Source: Actinomycetes bacterium
GTDB taxonomy: Bacteria > Actinomycetota > UBA4738 > HRBIN12
DNA: 53,129 nucleotides
Assembly: GCA_031364965.1 (NCBI GenBank)
Contig: JANLXF010000182.1
Coordinates: forward strand, 1-53,129
Direction: 5' to 3'
Under the pieces are notes generated by a model. The model was not told the origin of the DNA. It saw only the letters and a program-made list of their open reading frames with translations, and searched no databases. A program made the position numbers and the translations under genes. Numbering within the stretch: position 1 is the stretch's first letter; each line of letters opens with the position of its first letter. Shown piece by piece: positions 41,574-51,353 of this stretch.

Positions 41574-43373
41574 ATGCGTCGAACTTCCCTTTCCCTCATC
41601 GTGATGCTCGTCGCGGCGCTCAACGCCGCCCCCCCCGCGCTCGCCGCGGGCCCGGGTTCGTCGATCGGTCCCGACGGCGCTCCCGGGACCACGCTGACCC
41701 CCGATTCGTTCCGCGTCCCCGGGCCCTCCGGAAGCGGCACGTTCACCTTCTACGGCTCGGGTTTCGGCCATGGGATCGGGATGTCGCAGTGGGGCGCGTA
41801 CGGCCTGGCATCCCGCGGCTGGGGGTCCTCGAAGATCCTCACGCACTTCTACTCCGGATCCAAGGTCGGCAGGCCCGCGAGCCCGGTGAAGAAGATCCGC
41901 ATCGGCCTGACCTACGACCGCACGAAGATTCACCTCGAGGCGCGCCACGGGCCGGTGCGCCTGTGGATCGGCAAGCCCGGTGGGACCGCGGTCGGCCGGA
42001 TCCCCAACGGGCAGACCTGGACCGTCAGGTCACCAGCGAGCGGCTACGCGATCCGCGATCAAGACGGCACGCTCGTGGGCGGCACGACCTGGGGCGGGAC
42101 CGGGTTCAACCTGTACGCCACCTACGCCGACACCGGCTCGCGTGTCTTCGTCCCGGAGGCCGACGCGATCTGGGGCAACGGCTTCACCTACAGCCGGGGC
42201 CATCTGGAATTCAACCTGTATCAGTGCTCCGGCGGATGTCTGCAGCGTCTCATCATCCCGCTCAGGTTCGAGGAGTACCTGTACGGCATCGGCGAGATGC
42301 CGAGCAGCTGGCCCGCGGCGGCCCTCGAGACCCAGGCCGTGGCGGCGCGGACGTATGCGACCTATCAGGTGAAGCACTACGGGCTGCGGTCCTCGTGCAA
42401 CTGCCACCTCAGCGACGGCGCCGACGACCAGGTCTACGTGGGCTGGAGCAAGGAAACGGGCGCCGACGGCAACCGGTGGGTGGCGGCCGTCACGCACACG
42501 CGCGGCCGGGTGGTCACCTATCAGGGCGCCACGATCCAATCGTTCTTCGCGGCGTCCGACGGCGGGCACTCCGAGGACGTCGAGAACGTCTGGCACAACG
42601 GCGATCCCGCGTTCGCGGTCCCGTACCTGCGTGGGGTCTGCGACCAGGGTGAACAGACGACCGCGAACCCGTGGACCGACTGGCACTACTCCTATTCGGC
42701 CGCATCGCTCACGAGCCGCCTCGCTCCCTATACGGGCACGATCGGCACGGTCAAGGCGTTCCCGAAGGTCAAGCGGGGCTCCTCGGGCCGCGTGATCCGC
42801 GCGACGGTCACGGGAGGCACCGGCAGCGCCGTCGTGACGGGCTGGGAGCTCCGCGGCGCGCTCGGGCTGCCCGACGACCGGATCTGGATCAACGAGAACC
42901 GCAACATCACGGGCGCCGTGCGCACGAAGTACGACGGTGTGGCGTGCAAGCCCGGCCTCCCCACGACGCCGGTCGCCACCGTGCCCGGGGGCGCTCGCCA
43001 GAAGTTCCAGACCGGGGGGATCTTCCGCAACAACGGCGACGACATCACCGTGTGGCTCAAAGGTGCGATCTACCACGAGTACATGAGCGTGGGGGGCACC
43101 ACCGGCAAGCTCGGACTGCCGTCGTCGTCGACGGTCGCCGTGGGCGGCGGCCGTCGCGTGCTGTTCGACGGCGGCAGGATCTACTGGTCGAGCTCGACCG
43201 GGGCTCGCGCGCTCTGGGGTCCGGTGCTCGACGAGTACCTCTCGCGGGGCGCCGCGCTCGGGGCCCTCGGGTTCCCGACCACGCGGGTGCACGACGTCGC
43301 GGGACAGCCGACGGCCGACTTCGAGCACGGCACGATCTCGTGCGCCGGTCCCGGCAGCTGCACGGTCAGCTGA
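41574..43373 (+). CDS. Secreted SpoIID/LytB-domain protein with C-terminal LGFP repeats
   Basis: Signal peptide. GHGIGMSQWGAYG and EEYLYGIGEMPSSWPAAALETQAVAARTYA SpoIID motifs. C-terminal GKLGLPSS / GALGFPTT LGFP-type repeats. Confidence 0.8.
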   Translation: MRRTSLSLIVMLVAALNAAPPALAAGPGSSIGPDGAPGTTLTPDSFRVPGPSGSGTFTFYGSGFGHGIGMSQWGAYGLASRGWGSSKILTHFYSGSKVGRPASPVKKIRIGLTYDRTKIHLEARHGPVRLWIGKPGGTAVGRIPNGQTWTVRSPASGYAIRDQDGTLVGGTTWGGTGFNLYATYADTGSRVFVPEADAIWGNGFTYSRGHLEFNLYQCSGGCLQRLIIPLRFEEYLYGIGEMPSSWPAAALETQAVAARTYATYQVKHYGLRSSCNCHLSDGADDQVYVGWSKETGADGNRWVAAVTHTRGRVVTYQGATIQSFFAASDGGHSEDVENVWHNGDPAFAVPYLRGVCDQGEQTTANPWTDWHYSYSAASLTSRLAPYTGTIGTVKAFPKVKRGSSGRVIRATVTGGTGSAVVTGWELRGALGLPDDRIWINENRNITGAVRTKYDGVACKPGLPTTPVATVPGGARQKFQTGGIFRNNGDDITVWLKGAIYHEYMSVGGTTGKLGLPSSSTVAVGGGRRVLFDGGRIYWSSSTGARALWGPVLDEYLSRGAALGALGFPTTRVHDVAGQPTADFEHGTISCAGPGSCTVS

Positions 43374-43400
43374 CGCGCGGCCGTCGCCGGTCCGGCTCGG

Positions 43401-44174
43401 TCAGCACTCGTCGGACGCCGTCGGCTCCGGCGCGATCCCGGTGCACACGAAGGCGTCGATGAATCCCTGCGTCACCGTCGCTGCCTGGGTGGCCGTGATC
43501 GTCCCCGGGCAGGTCTGCAGCCGGTCCCACGCCGCCAAGGCGAGGGACGTGCCGTCGGCGAGCCCGTCGTACGGCGCGAGGATCGTGTTCCGCGCGCCAT
43601 CCACGACCTGGGTAAGCGACGCCACCGTGTCGGGGGACAGCGCGCCGTCACCGTCGGCTCGGTAATAGACCATGATCCCGGCGTGTTCCAGGTTGTGTAC
43701 CGCCTGGGTCTCGGGTACCGGTTGCGGATAGACGTTCGGCGAACCGGGCAGCGCGCCCGGGTCGTGCGGCCCTGAAGTCGCCGGATGCTGATCGTAGCTG
43801 TGCGCCTCGCCGGGCTGCAGGTGCTGGCCGCCCGGGGCGTCGCCGCCCGCGGGCGAGATCGGGGTGGTGCACCCGGCCGCCTCGGCTGCCTGTACGGCCG
43901 CGGCCGAGATCGGGCGGGGAGAGGCGGCGCGTTGCAGCCACCAGAGGGTGCCGAAGGCAGCGAGCCCGGCGACCGAGAACACGGCCGCCCGGCGGATCGT
44001 CGCCTTGCGCGCCAGGCGCTTGCGTTCGGCCTCGCGGGCGGCGCGGGCCTGCTCCTTCTTGTCCCGGCGCGACGAGGCCTGGGACGCCGCGGACCCGGCG
44101 ATCGCCGCGCCGGCCGACACCGCCGCCTTCGAGGACGCGGAGGTCCGGTTCCGGGGCTTGCGTTTCTTCGCCAC
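43401..44174 (-). CDS. DUF3105-domain membrane-anchored protein (copy B)
   Basis: Basic N-terminus, one TM helix, SGPH and HNLEHAGIMVYY motifs. GTG 44174 lies 2 nt after the stop of copy A. The track ORF over-extends to 44291. Confidence 0.7.
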   Translation of the reverse strand: MAKKRKPRNRTSASSKAAVSAGAAIAGSAASQASSRRDKKEQARAAREAERKRLARKATIRRAAVFSVAGLAAFGTLWWLQRAASPRPISAAAVQAAEAAGCTTPISPAGGDAPGGQHLQPGEAHSYDQHPATSGPHDPGALPGSPNVYPQPVPETQAVHNLEHAGIMVYYRADGDGALSPDTVASLTQVVDGARNTILAPYDGLADGTSLALAAWDRLQTCPGTITATQAATVTQGFIDAFVCTGIAPEPTASDEC

Positions 44175-44176
44175 GG

Positions 44177-44998
44177 TTACATCGACCCACCGGGCTCGGG
44201 CGCCTCGCCCACGTACGTGCGGTCCGCGGCGGTGGGCGCGCTGAACTGGGAGGTGAAGTCGAACGCGACCGCCAGGTTCACCTGGTCGCACAGCTGCAGA
44301 CGATGCCAGGCGACCAGCGCCATCTGCGTGCCCACGGGCAGCGAGCCGCCGGCTCCCTGGCCGGGGTAGTCGTAGGGGGCCACGATCAGGCGATCCTGAC
44401 CGACCGACTCATCCGACACCCGCCGCCCGTAGAAGTCGTTGAGCGACTGGATCTGGGCTGCGGGCGCATCCGGCGAATACCAGATGATCGAGGCGCCGTG
44501 CTCGAGGGAGTGGATCGCCTGATCGATCGGCGGCGGCGTGTCGTACACGCCCGCCGACAGCGGCGTCGCGTTGTGTGGTCCCGACGTCGGTGGGATCGAG
44601 GGGTAGGTGTCCAGCGCGGGCATCGATGGGTACTTGGCGTCGGCTCCGATGTGCGACTGGTCGGCGTAGTCGGGGCTGTCCTTGGGACCCGACACCCCGC
44701 CGTAGAAGCCGATCGTCTGGACGGCGTCGCATCCGGCGGCCGTCGAGGCGCCAGGAGCCTGCGCGAGCAGCTCCTGGGCGGTGGGCACCGCCGAGGCCTG
44801 ATCGCCTCCGGGCTGCACGATCACGACGACCGCCACGATCGCCGCCAGGGCCGCTGCCACGAGCACGATGCCGATCGCGCGATTGCGGGTGCGGGCGTGC
44901 ATCTCCTGCTGGATCCGCTCGCGGTCCAGGCGCGCCTGTTCCTTCCGCTCGGCTTTCGTGAGGCGGCGGTTGGTGTCGCTGCCGGACTGCTGGGGCAC
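44177..44998 (-). CDS. DUF3105-domain membrane-anchored protein (copy A)
   Basis: SD AAGGAG before GTG 44998. Basic N-terminus, one TM helix, SGPH and HSLEHGASIIWY motifs. Confidence 0.7.
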   Translation of the reverse strand: MPQQSGSDTNRRLTKAERKEQARLDRERIQQEMHARTRNRAIGIVLVAAALAAIVAVVVIVQPGGDQASAVPTAQELLAQAPGASTAAGCDAVQTIGFYGGVSGPKDSPDYADQSHIGADAKYPSMPALDTYPSIPPTSGPHNATPLSAGVYDTPPPIDQAIHSLEHGASIIWYSPDAPAAQIQSLNDFYGRRVSDESVGQDRLIVAPYDYPGQGAGGSLPVGTQMALVAWHRLQLCDQVNLAVAFDFTSQFSAPTAADRTYVGEAPEPGGSM

Positions 44999-45148
44999 GT
45001 CGAAGCTCCTTGATGGGCGGACGAGGTGCTCAACTGTACCGAGCGGCTGCCGACTTGCCCTGAGCGCCGAGCCCCCCTATCCTGCGGCTGCCTTCCCCAG
45101 GGGTTCACCGGCTGCGCCCGCGCCGGTTCCGAGCACGAAGGGGGACGC

Positions 45149-46546
45149 ATGGCGAAGACCGCCACGCCCGTCCGAGGCGCCGGCCTCGACGGGTTCTTCA
45201 AGATCTCCGAACGCGGATCGACGGTGCGCACGGAGGTCCTGGCCGGAGCCGCAACCTGGCTCACGATGGCGTACATCCTGTTCCTGAACCCCGCGATCCT
45301 CGGAGCGGTCAAGGACCTCGACGGGAACTCGCTTCCGTTCGATCAAGTGCTCACGGTCACCGCGCTCGTCGCGGGGGTCGCCACGATCGCGATGGGCCTG
45401 TACGCCAACGTGCCCTTCGCGCTCGCGGCCGGCCTCGGCCTGAACGGGTTCGTCGCGTTCACGCTGGTGGCCGGGCTCGGGCTCAGTTGGCCCGAGGCGA
45501 TGGGCGTGGTGGTGACCGAGGGTCTGGTTATCGCCGTCCTCGTGCTCACCGGGTTCCGGGAGGCCGTGCTGAACGCGATCCCGATGGACCTCAAGCGCGC
45601 GATCGGGATCGGGATCGGGCTGTTCCTCGTGATCATCGGGCTCGAGAACGCGGGCGTCGTGGTGAACAACGACGTGACGCTCGTGACGCTGTCGAACGAT
45701 TTCACGACCCTGCCCATGCTGGTGTTCGTGGTGGGGCTGGCTCTCAGCGCGGTGCTCGTGGTCCGCAAGATCCGGGGCGGGCTGCTGCTCGCCATCTTGC
45801 TGACGACGGCGTTCGCGATCGTGGTCAACGAGGTATGGGGCGACAGCGCGATCTGGGGCGCCACGGGCATCGGGACGATCCCGGACAAGGTCGTGTCCAC
45901 GCCGGACTTCTCGCTCGTGGGGAACTTCTCCTTCGGATTCTTCTCCACGCTGGGGTTCGTCTCGGCGCTCGTGCCGGTGTTCGCGATGATGCTCTCCGAC
46001 TTCTTCGACACGATGGGCACCGCCGTGGGCCTGGGCGAGGAGGCGGGACTCCTCGACGACGAAGGCAAGCTGCCCGACATGAACCGCGTGCTGCTCGTCG
46101 ACTCGCTCGCCGCCGCGGCGGGCGGTGCCGCAAGTGGGTCCTCGAACACCACCTTCATCGAGAGCGCCGCGGGCATCGGCCAGGGCGGGCGGACGGGGCT
46201 GACGGCGGTCGTCGTCGGTGGCCTGTTCCTGCTGTGCCTGTTCGTCTCCCCGCTCGCCGGTGTGATCCCGCCCCAGGCCACGGCGCCGGTCCTCGTCATC
46301 GTCGGGTACTTCATGATGCAGGCGGTGGGTGAGATCGACTGGCGTGATCCGGCGATGGGCATCCCCGCGCTGCTCACGATCACGATGATGCCGTTCACCT
46401 ACTCGATCACGAACGGCGTGGGGGCCGGGTTCATCGCCTACGTCGCGATCAAGGTGATGCAGGGCAAGGCACGAGAGGTGCACCCGCTCCTGTACCTGAT
46501 CGTGGTCGGGTTCCTCTTCTACTTCCTCAAGGGCGTGCTCGCGTAG
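45149..46546 (+). CDS. NCS2/AzgA-family purine (adenine/guanine/hypoxanthine) permease
   Basis: FFKISERGSTVRTEVLAGAATWLTMAYILFLNP N-terminus. TTFIESAAGI motif. About 13 TM helices. SD AAGGGGGA. Confidence 0.9.
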   Translation: MAKTATPVRGAGLDGFFKISERGSTVRTEVLAGAATWLTMAYILFLNPAILGAVKDLDGNSLPFDQVLTVTALVAGVATIAMGLYANVPFALAAGLGLNGFVAFTLVAGLGLSWPEAMGVVVTEGLVIAVLVLTGFREAVLNAIPMDLKRAIGIGIGLFLVIIGLENAGVVVNNDVTLVTLSNDFTTLPMLVFVVGLALSAVLVVRKIRGGLLLAILLTTAFAIVVNEVWGDSAIWGATGIGTIPDKVVSTPDFSLVGNFSFGFFSTLGFVSALVPVFAMMLSDFFDTMGTAVGLGEEAGLLDDEGKLPDMNRVLLVDSLAAAAGGAASGSSNTTFIESAAGIGQGGRTGLTAVVVGGLFLLCLFVSPLAGVIPPQATAPVLVIVGYFMMQAVGEIDWRDPAMGIPALLTITMMPFTYSITNGVGAGFIAYVAIKVMQGKAREVHPLLYLIVVGFLFYFLKGVLA

Positions 46547-46549
46547 GGA

Positions 46550-47686
46550 TCAATCCCACGACGTGACAGAGGCCGGATCGAACGGAGGGCGGGGCGCCGG
46601 CGCCCCGCCCTCCGGGATCAGGCCGCACGCGACGACGCACACCGGGCCTGCGACGCCGGGAGCGTCGGCGCCGGCCCGCGACCGCGTCACGGCAAGCCCC
46701 ATCGCTCCGAGCGCGAGTCGGAGACGCTCGGCCACCGCGCCGACGTCCGCGGGCTCGGCATCCGCATCTGCCTCCACCACGACGAACGCCCCGGCGTCGC
46801 GCGGGACCCCGGGCAGGCCCGATGCGAGCCTGGCCCTGCCGCGGGGTGACGTGACCACCGAGAACCGGAGTCCCGCGGGCGGCGGCAGGTCGTCGGACGC
46901 CGCCAGGGCGACGGCGTCCACGAGCAACGCCCGGGGGATCTCGCCCGGCGCGAACGACCGGACCGCGCGCGGCGCGCGCAGCGCCTCGAGGGGAGACTCT
47001 CGGAAGAGGTCCTCCTCCGGGGGCCGGATCAGGTCGGTCGCGCGACCGTCGGGGGCGGCGGGGGGGGCAAGCCCTCGGACGATGGCGACGGGGACCCGGG
47101 CGTCCTTGGCCATCACGAGGCCGCTCGCCGCGGCGATCTCGTCGGCGTAGGCCACGATCGTTGCCTCCAGCATCCGGCCGTGATGGTCCGCGCGACCGCG
47201 CAGGTCGATCGCGGCGGGGAGCCCGGCGCAGCCGATCGCGACGTTGACCAAGCCCGTGCGCCACGCACGCCCGAAGGTGTCGGTGATCACGACCCCGAGC
47301 CGTTCGAGGGCGAGTCCGCTCCTCAGTGCCGCCCGCAGGTCCGCGGCCGACCGGTCGGGATCTTCGGGCAGGAGCGCCAGCACACCGTCCCCCAGGTTCG
47401 AGGCGTCCACCCCGGCGTTCGCACATACGAACCCATGTCGGGTCTCGGCGATCACCAGATCGCCGCGGCGGGCCACCACGCGGGCGGTCTCGGCCTCCAC
47501 CGCCCGCGCCCGGTCCGTCCCCGCGACGAGGCGCCCCTCGGTCTTCGACACGATCTTGGAGGTCACCACGACCACGTCTCCCTCGGCGACGCCCGATGCG
47601 CGCAGCGGGGCGAGCAGCGCACGCGCGAGGTCGTCGCCGGGCCCGAACTCGGGGAGCCCTTCGATCGGGACGAGCTCGACCCTCAC
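46550..47686 (-). CDS. fbiB: Coenzyme F420:L-glutamate ligase (CofE domain) with a short nitroreductase-like C-terminal domain
   Basis: VVVTSKIVSKTEGRLV, CANAGVDASN and ITDTFGRAWRTG CofE motifs. The C-terminus has RAVRSF...LRFSVV NTR-like motifs. The GTG start overlaps the fbiA stop as GTGA. Confidence 0.85.
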   Translation of the reverse strand: MRVELVPIEGLPEFGPGDDLARALLAPLRASGVAEGDVVVVTSKIVSKTEGRLVAGTDRARAVEAETARVVARRGDLVIAETRHGFVCANAGVDASNLGDGVLALLPEDPDRSAADLRAALRSGLALERLGVVITDTFGRAWRTGLVNVAIGCAGLPAAIDLRGRADHHGRMLEATIVAYADEIAAASGLVMAKDARVPVAIVRGLAPPAAPDGRATDLIRPPEEDLFRESPLEALRAPRAVRSFAPGEIPRALLVDAVALAASDDLPPPAGLRFSVVTSPRGRARLASGLPGVPRDAGAFVVVEADADAEPADVGAVAERLRLALGAMGLAVTRSRAGADAPGVAGPVCVVACGLIPEGGAPAPRPPFDPASVTSWD

Positions 47687-48630
47687 CCGATGACCTGCGC
47701 GAGCGCCGCGCGGGCGAGCGCGGTCGCCGCCGCGTCGTCGACCATCACGGAGTCGGTGACCGCGACGCGGACATCTCCCTCTCGCTCGATCCTGGGTGCG
47801 AGCTCCCGGTCGCGCTCGTCGATCACCCACGCCGACAGCAGTCCCCGGTACGCCGCGGCGGCGCCCGCCGCGCTCACCTCGAGGCCCACGGCAGGCATCA
47901 GCCGGTCGGCCATCCCCGCGAGCGGCGCGCCGCCGAGGATCCCGCTCACACCGACGACGCGCTCACGGCGAGCCGCGACCGCGTCGCGGATGCCCGGGAC
48001 CGCGAGGATCGGGGAGATCGAGACCACCGGGTTCGAGGGCGCGATCACGACCGCGTCGGCCCCCGCGATCGCCTCGAGCACTCCGGGCGCGGGCCGCGCG
48101 AGTTCGGCGCCCTCGAATCGGACGCCCTTCACGTCGTCGGCCGCGCGGCGCTGTACCCAGTACTCCTGGAAGTGAAGGTCGAGCTCGACGCCGGCCGACA
48201 CCGCGTCGATCCGCGTCGTAACCACGTCGTCGCTCATCGGGACGATCCGCGTCGCGATCGCGAACCGTGCGGCGATCCGGGCCGTCACCTCGGACAAGGT
48301 CGCGCCCTCGGCAAGCAGCCGCGTCCGGTACAGATGCGTCGCGAGATCGAGGTCGCCGAGCCCGAACCAAGCCCCCTCGGCGTCGAACCTCCGAAGCTCC
48401 TCGGTCGCTCGGAACGACTCGTCCCGGCGTCCCCAGCCTCGCTCCGCGTCGAAGACGTCTCCGAGCCAGTAGGTCACCGAATCGAGGTCGGGGGAGATCG
48501 CGAGGCCGTGCAGCACGATGTCGTCGCCGGTGTTCACGACGGCCGTCACGTCGCCGGGCGCCGTGGCGCGCGTGAGCCCACGCAGGAACTTGCCTCCGCC
48601 GATCCCGCCGGCCAGCGCCACGACCTTCAT
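47683..48630 (-). CDS. fbiA: 2-phospho-L-lactate (or EPPG) transferase CofD/FbiA
   Basis: MKVVALAGGIGGGKFLRGL N-terminus, NTGDD and PSNPVVSI motifs. Confidence 0.9.
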   Translation of the reverse strand: MKVVALAGGIGGGKFLRGLTRATAPGDVTAVVNTGDDIVLHGLAISPDLDSVTYWLGDVFDAERGWGRRDESFRATEELRRFDAEGAWFGLGDLDLATHLYRTRLLAEGATLSEVTARIAARFAIATRIVPMSDDVVTTRIDAVSAGVELDLHFQEYWVQRRAADDVKGVRFEGAELARPAPGVLEAIAGADAVVIAPSNPVVSISPILAVPGIRDAVAARRERVVGVSGILGGAPLAGMADRLMPAVGLEVSAAGAAAAYRGLLSAWVIDERDRELAPRIEREGDVRVAVTDSVMVDDAAATALARAALAQVIG

Positions 48631-48646
48631 ACGAGGTACAGCGTAG

Positions 48647-48652
48647 TAGGCT
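48647..48652 (+). promoter_or_regulatory. Candidate -10 hexamer (TAGGCT) for a leaderless fbiC mRNA
   Basis: TAGGCT, 7 nt, ATG 48660. The whole fbiA-fbiC divergent spacer is only 29 nt. Confidence 0.4.
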
Positions 48653-48659
48653 CGGCCGC

Positions 48660-51131
48660 ATGCCCGAGGGGACCGGCCACCAGCTGCGCCGGGCGCTTGC
48701 TCGAGCGGAGTCGGGCAAGTCGCTGTCGCTCGACGAGGCCGAGGCGCTACTGGTCGCGCGTGGCCCCGAGCTCGACCGGCTGACGTCCATCGCGGGCCGG
48801 CTGCGCAACCTCGGTCACGGCGACGTCGTCACGTACTCCCGCAAGGTCTTCATCCCGCTGACGATGCTCTGCCGCGACCACTGCCATTACTGCACGTTCG
48901 CCAAGCCTCCGGCCCATCTGGAGACCCCGTTCCTCATCCCCGAGGAAGCCGTGGCGATCGCCCGGGCGGGGGGAGCGATGGGGTGCAAGGAAGCCCTCTT
49001 CACCCTTGGCGACCGGCCCGAGGACCGCTACGACCTCGCGCGCGCCTGGCTCGAGGAGCGGGGCTACGCGTCGACGCTCGACTACGTGCGCGCCGTCGCG
49101 ATCCGGGTGATCGAGGAGACCGGTCTCCTGCCGCACCTGAATCCCGGGGTGATGTCGTACGAGGAGCTCGCGCGCCTGCGCCACGTGGCCGCGTCCATGG
49201 GACTCATGCTCGAGACCTCGAGCGCGCGCCTGACCGAGCGTGGCGGTCCGCACTTCGGCTCGCCCGACAAGGTGCCGGCCGTCCGGCTCCGGACGATCGA
49301 GGACGCGGGGCGCCTCGCGATCCCCTTCACCACCGGGATCTTGGTGGGGATCGGCGAGACCGCGCGCGAACGCGCCGAGAGCCTCCTCGCGATCCGCGAC
49401 CTCCACCGGCGCTACCGGCACGTGCAGGAGGTGATCGTCCAGAACTTCCGGGCCAAGCCGGGGACGGCGATGCAGGCCTCGCCCGAGCCGGACGACGAGG
49501 AGTTCCTGGCGGCCGTCGCGACCGCCCGTGTGGTGCTGGGCCCGCGGATGCACCTGCAGGCGCCCCCGAACCTGTCCGACGCCGCCCAGCAGACGCGGCT
49601 CCTCGACGCCGGGATCGACGACTGGGGCGGCGTCTCGCCTCTCACCCCCGATCACGTGAACCCCGAGAAGCCCTGGCCCTCCATCGAGGCGCTCGCCGCC
49701 ACGACGGCCTCACGCGGCAAGGAGCTCCGCGAGCGCCTGACGATCTACCCGGAGTACGCGACCCGGCCGGACCCCTACGTCGCGGGCAAGATGCGCGCCC
49801 CGGTCGCCGCGCTGATGGCCCCCGACGGCCGGGCGGTCCACGGGCAGCGTCCGGCGCCGATCGCGTGGCAGGACCCGGAGGTCCGCTGGAAGCCACGGAC
49901 GACCGAGCTCACCTTCGCCAAGGGCGCCGAGGCCGGCCTCCGCAGCGACGCGGCCGCGATCTACGGAGATGCCGACGGCGTCGAGGTCACGAGAGCCTGG
50001 GCCTCCCGGGCTGTGCCCGAGCGGCTCGAGGCCGACGTGAAGGACGCGCTCGCGAAGGCCGCAGCGCATCGTCCGATCGACGACGCCGATGCGCTCGCCC
50101 TCTTCCAGGCCGAGGGATCGGCGCTCGACGCCCTCTGTCGCGTTGCCGACGACCTGCGCGCCGAGGCGGTCGGCGACGAGGTCACGTACGTGATCAACCG
50201 CAACATCAACTTCTCCAACGTGTGCTACGTGGGCTGTCGCTTCTGCGCGTTCGCGCAGCGCGAAGCCGACGCCGAGTCGTACACGCTTACCCTGACCGAC
50301 GTCGCGGACCGAGCTGAAGAAGCATGGGCCAAGGGCGCGACCGAGGTCTGCATCCAGGGCGGCATCCATCCCGAGCTCCCCGGCACCTTCTACTTCGATC
50401 TGATCGACGCCGTGAAGGCGCGCGTGCCCGAGATGCATCTGCACGCCTTCAGCCCGATGGAGATCCTCAACGGCGCGACGAAGCTCGGCGTGAGCTACGC
50501 GGAATTCCTCACGGAGGCGAAGACGCGCGGCCTCGGCACGATCCCGGGGACCGCGGCCGAGATCCTCGACGACGAGGTTCGCTGGGTGCTCACGAAGGGC
50601 AAGCTCCCGGCCGACGCGTGGGAGGAGATCGTCCGCACCGCACACGGTCTGGGCATCCCGAGCAGCAGCACGATCATGTTCGGCCACGTCGACGCGCCGC
50701 CGCACTGGGTCGCGCATCTGCGGCGCCTGGCGGCGATCCAGGCGGACACCGGAGGGTTCACCGAGTTCGTCCCGCTCCCGTTCGTGCATCAGAACGCGCC
50801 GATCTACCTGGCGGGCAAGGCGCGACCGGGAGCGACCTTCGAGGAGAACCTGCGGATGCACGCGATCGCGCGCATCCTCCACGACGGCCTGATCCCCAAC
50901 GTCCAGGTGTCGTGGGTCAAGCTCGGGGTCGACGCGTGTCAGACGATCTTGCAGTCGGGCGCGAACGACTTCGGCGGGACGCTGATGGAGGAGACGATCA
51001 GCAGGATGGCCGGCGCCGAGTGGGGCATCGAGATGACACCCGACCGATTCGACGAGGCGATCCTCGGGATCGGGCGGACGCCGGCGGTGCGCACCACGAC
51101 GTACGGGCGTGTCGACGTCGCGGCGTCGTAG
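48660..51131 (+). CDS. fbiC: FO synthase (bifunctional CofG/CofH radical-SAM enzyme)
   Basis: Two radical-SAM CxxxCxxC clusters (CRDHCHYCTF and CYVGCRFCAF) in one 823-aa protein. Confidence 0.95.
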   Translation: MPEGTGHQLRRALARAESGKSLSLDEAEALLVARGPELDRLTSIAGRLRNLGHGDVVTYSRKVFIPLTMLCRDHCHYCTFAKPPAHLETPFLIPEEAVAIARAGGAMGCKEALFTLGDRPEDRYDLARAWLEERGYASTLDYVRAVAIRVIEETGLLPHLNPGVMSYEELARLRHVAASMGLMLETSSARLTERGGPHFGSPDKVPAVRLRTIEDAGRLAIPFTTGILVGIGETARERAESLLAIRDLHRRYRHVQEVIVQNFRAKPGTAMQASPEPDDEEFLAAVATARVVLGPRMHLQAPPNLSDAAQQTRLLDAGIDDWGGVSPLTPDHVNPEKPWPSIEALAATTASRGKELRERLTIYPEYATRPDPYVAGKMRAPVAALMAPDGRAVHGQRPAPIAWQDPEVRWKPRTTELTFAKGAEAGLRSDAAAIYGDADGVEVTRAWASRAVPERLEADVKDALAKAAAHRPIDDADALALFQAEGSALDALCRVADDLRAEAVGDEVTYVINRNINFSNVCYVGCRFCAFAQREADAESYTLTLTDVADRAEEAWAKGATEVCIQGGIHPELPGTFYFDLIDAVKARVPEMHLHAFSPMEILNGATKLGVSYAEFLTEAKTRGLGTIPGTAAEILDDEVRWVLTKGKLPADAWEEIVRTAHGLGIPSSSTIMFGHVDAPPHWVAHLRRLAAIQADTGGFTEFVPLPFVHQNAPIYLAGKARPGATFEENLRMHAIARILHDGLIPNVQVSWVKLGVDACQTILQSGANDFGGTLMEETISRMAGAEWGIEMTPDRFDEAILGIGRTPAVRTTTYGRVDVAAS

Positions 51132-51335
51132 GGCCGATCGCTGCAAAGCCGTCAATATCACTGACCGTTCCTGTCAACTCGACTGACTGTTGTCGTCAAG
51201 GGACCTGACCGTCGATTTTCGATCGTATTCCCTTGTCATCGGGTGTCATGCTCCTGAAAGATGGGGAGAGCGATGAGGGAGAGGCAGGAGCAACCTCGAA
51301 AGTTGGGCTTGTCACCGAGGGGGTTCTTCCCTCAG

Positions 51336-51353
51336 AATCACACAGATGTGATT
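51336..51353 (+). promoter_or_regulatory. Perfect inverted repeat AATCACA-CAGA-TGTGATT in the whiB leader
   Basis: Read directly from the sequence. It ends 17 nt upstream of the GTG start and just 5' of the GGGGGGAG SD. Confidence 0.4.

Noticed and set aside
44999-45148. Purine (guanine/adenine) riboswitch upstream of the NCS2 purine permease
   Set aside because: I looked for the conserved purine-riboswitch junction and loop elements and a three-way-junction fold and found nothing resembling them. The spacer is GC-rich, and I found only an SD. A covariance-model scan (Rfam RF00167) would be the definitive check.
51336-51353. CRP/cAMP-receptor site in front of whiB, as for mycobacterial whiB1
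   Set aside because: The half-sites are in the wrong order and spacing: TCACA-N4-TGTGA instead of TGTGA-N6-TCACA. I kept it only as an unexplained inverted repeat.
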